DNA of 63,187 nt, counting the filler, from Phoronis australis (Eukaryota; Animalia; Phoronida), in assembly GCA_002633005.1 (NCBI GenBank). It is 6 parts of 6 records of this genome, joined end to end, with 100 filler letters (N's around TTAATTAATTAA, not from the genome) between each part and the next. Parts side by side here need not be neighbours in the genome. Positions count along the whole stretch, not along the records: positions 38,401 to 59,796 come from NMRA01000405.1; positions 59,897 to 63,187 come from NMRA01003103.1; 4 more parts are not named here. One strand, given 5' to 3'. Shown here one piece after another: positions 58,301-63,187 of this stretch (position 1 is its first letter; each line of letters starts with the position of its first letter). The translations under genes were made by a program, and so were the position numbers. The notes under the pieces were generated by a model. The model was given only the letters and a program-made list of their open reading frames with translations, did not search any database and was not told where the DNA came from.

Positions 58301-59549
58301 CTGCCAACTATCCAGTTTTTGGCTGTCGCAGAACGGTCCTGCTTTTTTGAAGCTTTGTCCTGGGTCCCCCCCAACTGTACTTCTGTTTGACACACGCGAT
58401 GACGAAATTTACACATCATTCTCGGTATGTCATTGTGTTTGGCCCTCTAATTTCTCCGTTGCATTTTGTAGGAATGACAAAATAAAAATTCGCCGTCGTC
58501 TCCTGGTTGTTGCGGCGGACATTTGTCCATTGTCATCCATGAAGACTCAACCGAACGGCAATACGCCCCAGAATTGGCTGTGAGTGGGCTAGGCAATTAT
58601 ATCGCCGATGCACGCCGCAGACGTACAGCCAGCCGAGTGGCTACGTGTTGTCTAGCATTGGGCTTCAGAAATCATGATTTCAAAATAATCATTGTTGTAA
58701 AATCAGTACCGCGCAGAAGGGGGTGTGGTGGGGCGACGGGGCGACAGGCACGGGCATCGATCCAAATCGGGGGGTCATCCAATAATACCTGTAATACCTG
58801 TCACGGACAGGATCATTGGGGATATGCTGGTGCATTAATCCCCTCCCCAGACCATCCCCGTGACAGCAGAAGGCGCAGAACTCCAGGGCTGACGTTGCCT
58901 GTAAGCATTTGATTAGACAGCACTCGGGCACGGCCCTTCTTGTGACTCTTCGCAGCATGGGGGGTCATCCAATTACTATGAATAAACTTTTTGAAATTGT
59001 AACTGATTTGTAATTGAATAAAGTTTCTATGTTATGATTCGTCTTTTTTATTTTTCTTAGTATAAGGGTCCTGTATTAATTTGATTAGAGAAGAAGCATG
59101 CAATGAAAAAATCGCCCCAAACCTCTGCACGCTGCTGTGTGTATTTTGCCTAGCGGCAACTTGTTAACTACTTGTCATTTGGAAGAGGATCAAGAATTTG
59201 TGCCCTGACCGTTTCCTATCTGTCGACGGAGGTAAGCCGAGACGCCGCGCCGGCGCCTCGACGGCCGGCCAGGGTAGCGCTGTACTAGTTGAGTGGCGGT
59301 CTTGTGGGTGGGATGTGGTGGGGTGGGGCTCCAACAACAATAAATCCCACAAACGGCATTACTGACAATGCCCTGTCTTGCACTGCGACCCCGGTGGGCC
59401 CCCCTTAATCTGTCAGTCTGAGTGTAATGCAGGCCTAGTGAACACCGAAATGTCGGACCGAAATCGCATCTCAGTAATCTTTGCACCGTTGAATCACTTA
59501 GGCAAATCCCCGGTGTCTCAAGTAAAAACCCTGACATGAGAATCGGACA

Positions 59550-59796
59550 CAAGGTGGAGTTTACGACGGGTTGCTAGTTTGCTCCAGTGAAGACTATTTA
59601 GAACCTTGATTGTGTTGGACCCTTTGTATGCCCCGGTTATGGCTAAAGCTGCTTGGTATTGTAGTCTTTCTAATTGAAGAAGTATGCCAGCGTTTGCCGA
59701 TTGGTAGATTATGTCACAGTAATCTAGATGTGGAAGTACAAAAGACTTGAACAGAGTTTCAAGATGCATGGAGTTGAGATGACGAGAGATAATTCT
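59550..59796 (-). mobile_element. CR1/L2-group LINE fragment
   Basis: TLFKSFVLPHLDYCDIIY.....LERLQYQAALAITGAYKGS....LNSLHW..LATRRK.H is a typical post-RT region. It runs out of the gap. Confidence 0.85.
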
Positions 59797-60812
59797 NNNN
59801 NNNNNNNNNNNNNNNNNNNNNNNNNNNNNNNNNNNNNNNNTTAATTAATTAANNNNNNNNNNNNNNNNNNNNNNNNNNNNNNNNNNNNNNNNNNNNCATG
59901 TCAGGAAACAAAGCGGAGGAGGTTCTAAAATGTATAGTCGTTTCACTCAGTCCACTAAACTTTTTCCGTGTGGGAGGCAACAAGACTGGACATAGGCCAT
60001 TGAAACGTTAATGTGACATTCCACAAACATATTAACTATACATAGAGAACCACAATCTCTAGCCAATATATAGCGCGAAGTTGGGCAGTAGCAGGTAGTT
60101 TTAGTTCTTTCCTTTGCATTAGCACATAAGGTAACTGAGCGATGTTTATGTAATACAAGTATTACCTTATAGGGGCATCACGTTTATGTAATACGAGTTT
60201 TACCTTATAGGGGCATCACGTTTCAAACAGTGGCAGTGGTCGTATGTCTGAATTTTTTGCGACGAACACAAAATCGAGTCTTGTGCTTTCTGACAGTTAA
60301 TAATAGTGGTCAGCTATTATTTTTCGCTTAATGAAACGCCAAAATTTCCCCCTGACGACCGGACGCCTAAGCAGAAGTCACATTCATCGTCAGATAAATG
60401 CCTCGTGACTCAGATTGAAAAGGCAGTAACATGGATTTGGTTAAACCATTCTAGATTGACCATATTACAGTAGTTGCTACTGTACACATGTATTAGTGAC
60501 AAGCAGTTAACCAAACTAGCCGTCGTGACGGGGAAACGGTACATGTATTTTGCCTGATTACTTTTGCCTTTTACAATAATTGTAGTATATATGAAAATAA
60601 ACAAAACGACAAACTTTATACTGGAATGAATGAATTTACACTGAAGCAATTCATAACCTTCGTTCAGTGCATGGTATTACGGTGCGTTTTTACATGTACA
60701 TGTAGGTATGCTAACAATCCCGTCGAAACAAAGGGTACATGTAATTCCCTAAAACGTACCTGTAAATTAAAACAAACATGGCATGGCTTCACTAACACAT
60801 CGTTTTACCTAC

Positions 60813-61034
60813 CACACCTGGGTACGAAACAAAATGAACGGCGCATGTATCCAAACTCGGTGTAGCACCAAGGTATATCCGACTTGATGGCTCTACAGTA
60901 GTTCTTGGCGGATNCAAGAACAGTCACCGCGGGGTCAAGTTCAGCCCAGTGACGGCACGTGAAGTTCATGTAGTCGGTGTTCACGAATCCAGCATAGTTA
61001 TTTCCGTTCCAATCCGTGCACGCGCTGCGACATT
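60813..61034 (-). CDS. Kringle-domain exon (phase 1-1) of an unidentified gene
   Basis: CTDWNGNNYAGFVN......TCRHW...KNYCR......PWCYT......FCFVPRC matches the kringle consensus (NG..Y.G, C..W, NYCR, PWCYT, C.VP.C). Donor gtaggt. A single n lies at 60914 and the acceptor (ttttttgagag) is weak. Confidence 0.8.
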
Positions 61035-62309
61035 CTCTCAAAAAAACGTCACAACATGCAATGAATACACTAATTATACAGATCATGAGTGCACAAATAC
61101 TGTACATGTCCACCTGGACAAGATCTGAGATGCTTATTAACTAAGTCAATAAAAATCTTGTAAAATTAACACTCTGACGTTTGGATAGCAAATATAAATA
61201 CCAGCATATTCTGAGAAACATTTTGGGGTTCATTATCGTGGTATTAACTCAGGTCATCTAAGTCAACAAAAAGTGCATTCCGACACTAACAAATAGAAAG
61301 TGAAATATTTTTTAACTCCCGACCTACCTAGCTCAAAGGAGTACAAGGCTAGCGGTATGAGTCTCTATTTACACTAAGTCCCCAGACTGAATTGAGACGG
61401 TTGGATGGAGTACCACTGAGCAGCCCCGGGACAATGAGCCGGACTGAATTCCTAGCACAAAAAAATATATTTCATTATCGATGAACGATTTGCTTACTGT
61501 TTCCCTCTTCACTAGAGGCCGTGGTGATAAGCAACAGCACTGTAAAGTACACCAGGAATGACATCATACTGGAAAGAAAAACAAACAGTCACCTGCATTA
61601 TTACAACTAAAGACGCAGGATATACTATTCATTCCCTGCAAGTTTACTTCCTGTTTAACCTCGTTTACTAGCGTGATCTGTTGGGAGGTAAGTGTCGCCC
61701 CTAATTACCAGCGTTATTACGACCGAAACTTTGCTCGTCTTTTTCAATGTTACGCGTTAGCACGACTTACAAAGTGCACGTAGTCCGGAGCACCTCGCGT
61801 AATTGCGTAGCCTTTAAACAAATCTGATGGCTACAGAAGCACCCCGAGCTGTTCTTATTGCGTGCGTGCATGCAATGCATGCAAGTTTTTTCCCGTTTGG
61901 AGAAAGTCAATTGTTGCATTAGCAAATCCTTCCATACTTTTAGGTACTCTTTTAATGGAGGCAGGTTGTGCAACAGTGTAACTGTGTGATGCTGTGTACC
62001 GCTGAACGCTAACAATCTATTGCTATCTGCGATTGAAAACCGCGCTAGTCTAGAATGCTCTGCATGAAATCAACATGGAGGATTGGAAAAACCAGCTACT
62101 GCTGCGACAGACGCATGCGCTGCCGAGGAGTTGGGGGAGAATTCGTCAAATTTAGATAAAAGAAAATAATACTCACTTCCCCCGCTCACTTTGTGCTTAA
62201 AGAAAACGTACGGTACGACCTTATATCAAAATATGATGACAAATACACGTACATGTAAATAAAGATCTACTTACGACCTTTGATGGAGTTTTTGATATGA
62301 ATCCGTTTT

Positions 62310-62442
62310 AGACACACACACACACATAAGATACAACTTGCTCATACACTGTATAGACACACACACACATAAGATACAACTTGCTCATACACTGTATAGA
62401 CACACACACACACATAAGATACAACTTGCTCATACACTGTAT
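62310..62442. repeat. ~44-bp tandem repeat x3 containing (CA)n
   Basis: Unit ga(ca)ntaagatacaacttgctcatacactgtata. Confidence 0.9.
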
Positions 62443-63187
62443 TTAGCGAATTCTTGACCCACAGTTACCAACGACGAGATCACGTAGCGAGCGGGAATGT
62501 CATTTAAGCTGTACGTGAATACGTAACTGCCCACTGTGCGTTTTATTGCAAACATGATGTTCACGCATTGAGTGTAATGCGACTGAGGAACGAAAACAAC
62601 AATACTCGAATGTGCATGGTACACCCCGGCCAACCCGCGATCGAGAACGACCGGAAGGCGATCGAGAACGAAATTTGGCGCAAGAAGCGAAGCCAGGCAA
62701 GGTGAGTAAATTTGATGAATTTTCGTTGTTTTCACTTCCAATGTGAAAACAGAGACATGAGTTCAAAGCGTAACGCATTGAGGAAGGGCAGGTAGAAGTT
62801 TAGGCTAATGTCTGTTTCAATTATAGGAGAAAAGTTACGTTGACCGAAGCATCGAATTTGATTTGTACCTGTATGTCATTTTGGCAAATTACCGTTATTT
62901 TTGGCACTAAATCAATCAACTGACCATAGAGTTATGAAGAAATGACGTGTGAAAATATAACGCAACGCTTGTTTTTTTGTAGTTTTGTCAGGATCTCTGA
63001 TTTTTCGACGCTTTTCTGTTGAAAGATGCTTTCGAGAACGCAACGATAAGTGAGCGGGAACGCTAATCTGTGTTGGTTTATGCGATCGGGAACGCAACGT
63101 GGTGTGTCGATTAGTGATGAACTTTAAAACGTGAACAAGGTTACAAAATAAGTGTGATGCAATGAATTAATCACATTTTGCGTCATT

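Noticed and set aside
58260-59552. GC-rich ORFs of 60-130 aa as genes
   Set aside because: They overlap on both strands, have no domain motifs and no consistent splice structure. ORFs of this length are expected by chance in GC-rich DNA.
21357-59896. TTAATTAATTAA palindromes centred in N runs as biological sites
   Set aside because: They are identical in all five 100-nt gaps, so they are an artificial six-frame stop linker.
61328-61465. tRNA gene or tRNA-derived SINE (tagctcaa..gg start, A-tail)
   Set aside because: There is no recognisable B box (GTTCRA) or cloverleaf, and only one copy in the window. It cannot be supported.
62100-62710. Promoter or first exon (ACGCATGCGC, TTTGGCGC, AAG|gtgagt at ~62701)
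   Set aside because: The motifs are short and no downstream coding exon lies within the window, so they cannot be tied to a gene.

Overview
AT-rich animal genomic DNA, probably from a marine invertebrate (the organism cannot be fixed from the sequence). It is a scaffolded draft with five 100-nt N gaps, each carrying an artificial TTAATTAATTAA linker, and three single-n contig joins. Two multi-exon genes sit head-to-head. A CKAP2/CKAP2L-like gene lies on the minus strand (9 hand-spliced, phase-consistent exons, 395-14260; first exon unresolved). An FBXL6-like F-box/LRR gene lies on the plus strand (6 exons, 28351-36961; both ends missing, probably in gaps). Isolated phase-1 ShKT (26616-26762) and kringle (60813-61034) exons lie on the minus strand. 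The rest is dominated by mobile DNA: a Kolobok-type THAP element, a decayed HERO retrotransposon whose RT motif has amplified into a 37-bp minisatellite, a Penelope element with a 12-bp TSD and a hammerhead ribozyme, CR1/L2 and RTEX fragments, several MITEs, and an old ~1.7-kb-unit degenerate array (39.4-57.3 kb). The most striking signal is two families of non-autonomous Helentron-type (HINE/DINE-1-like) elements whose internal repeats carry transcription-factor motifs. Family 1 (6 long copies plus a fragment) has co-oriented CTCF-consensus motifs about every 145 bp. Family 2 carries nuclear-receptor DR1 motifs. No CRISPR, rRNA or tRNA gene is supported. All coordinates were counted by hand and repeat boundaries are approximate.
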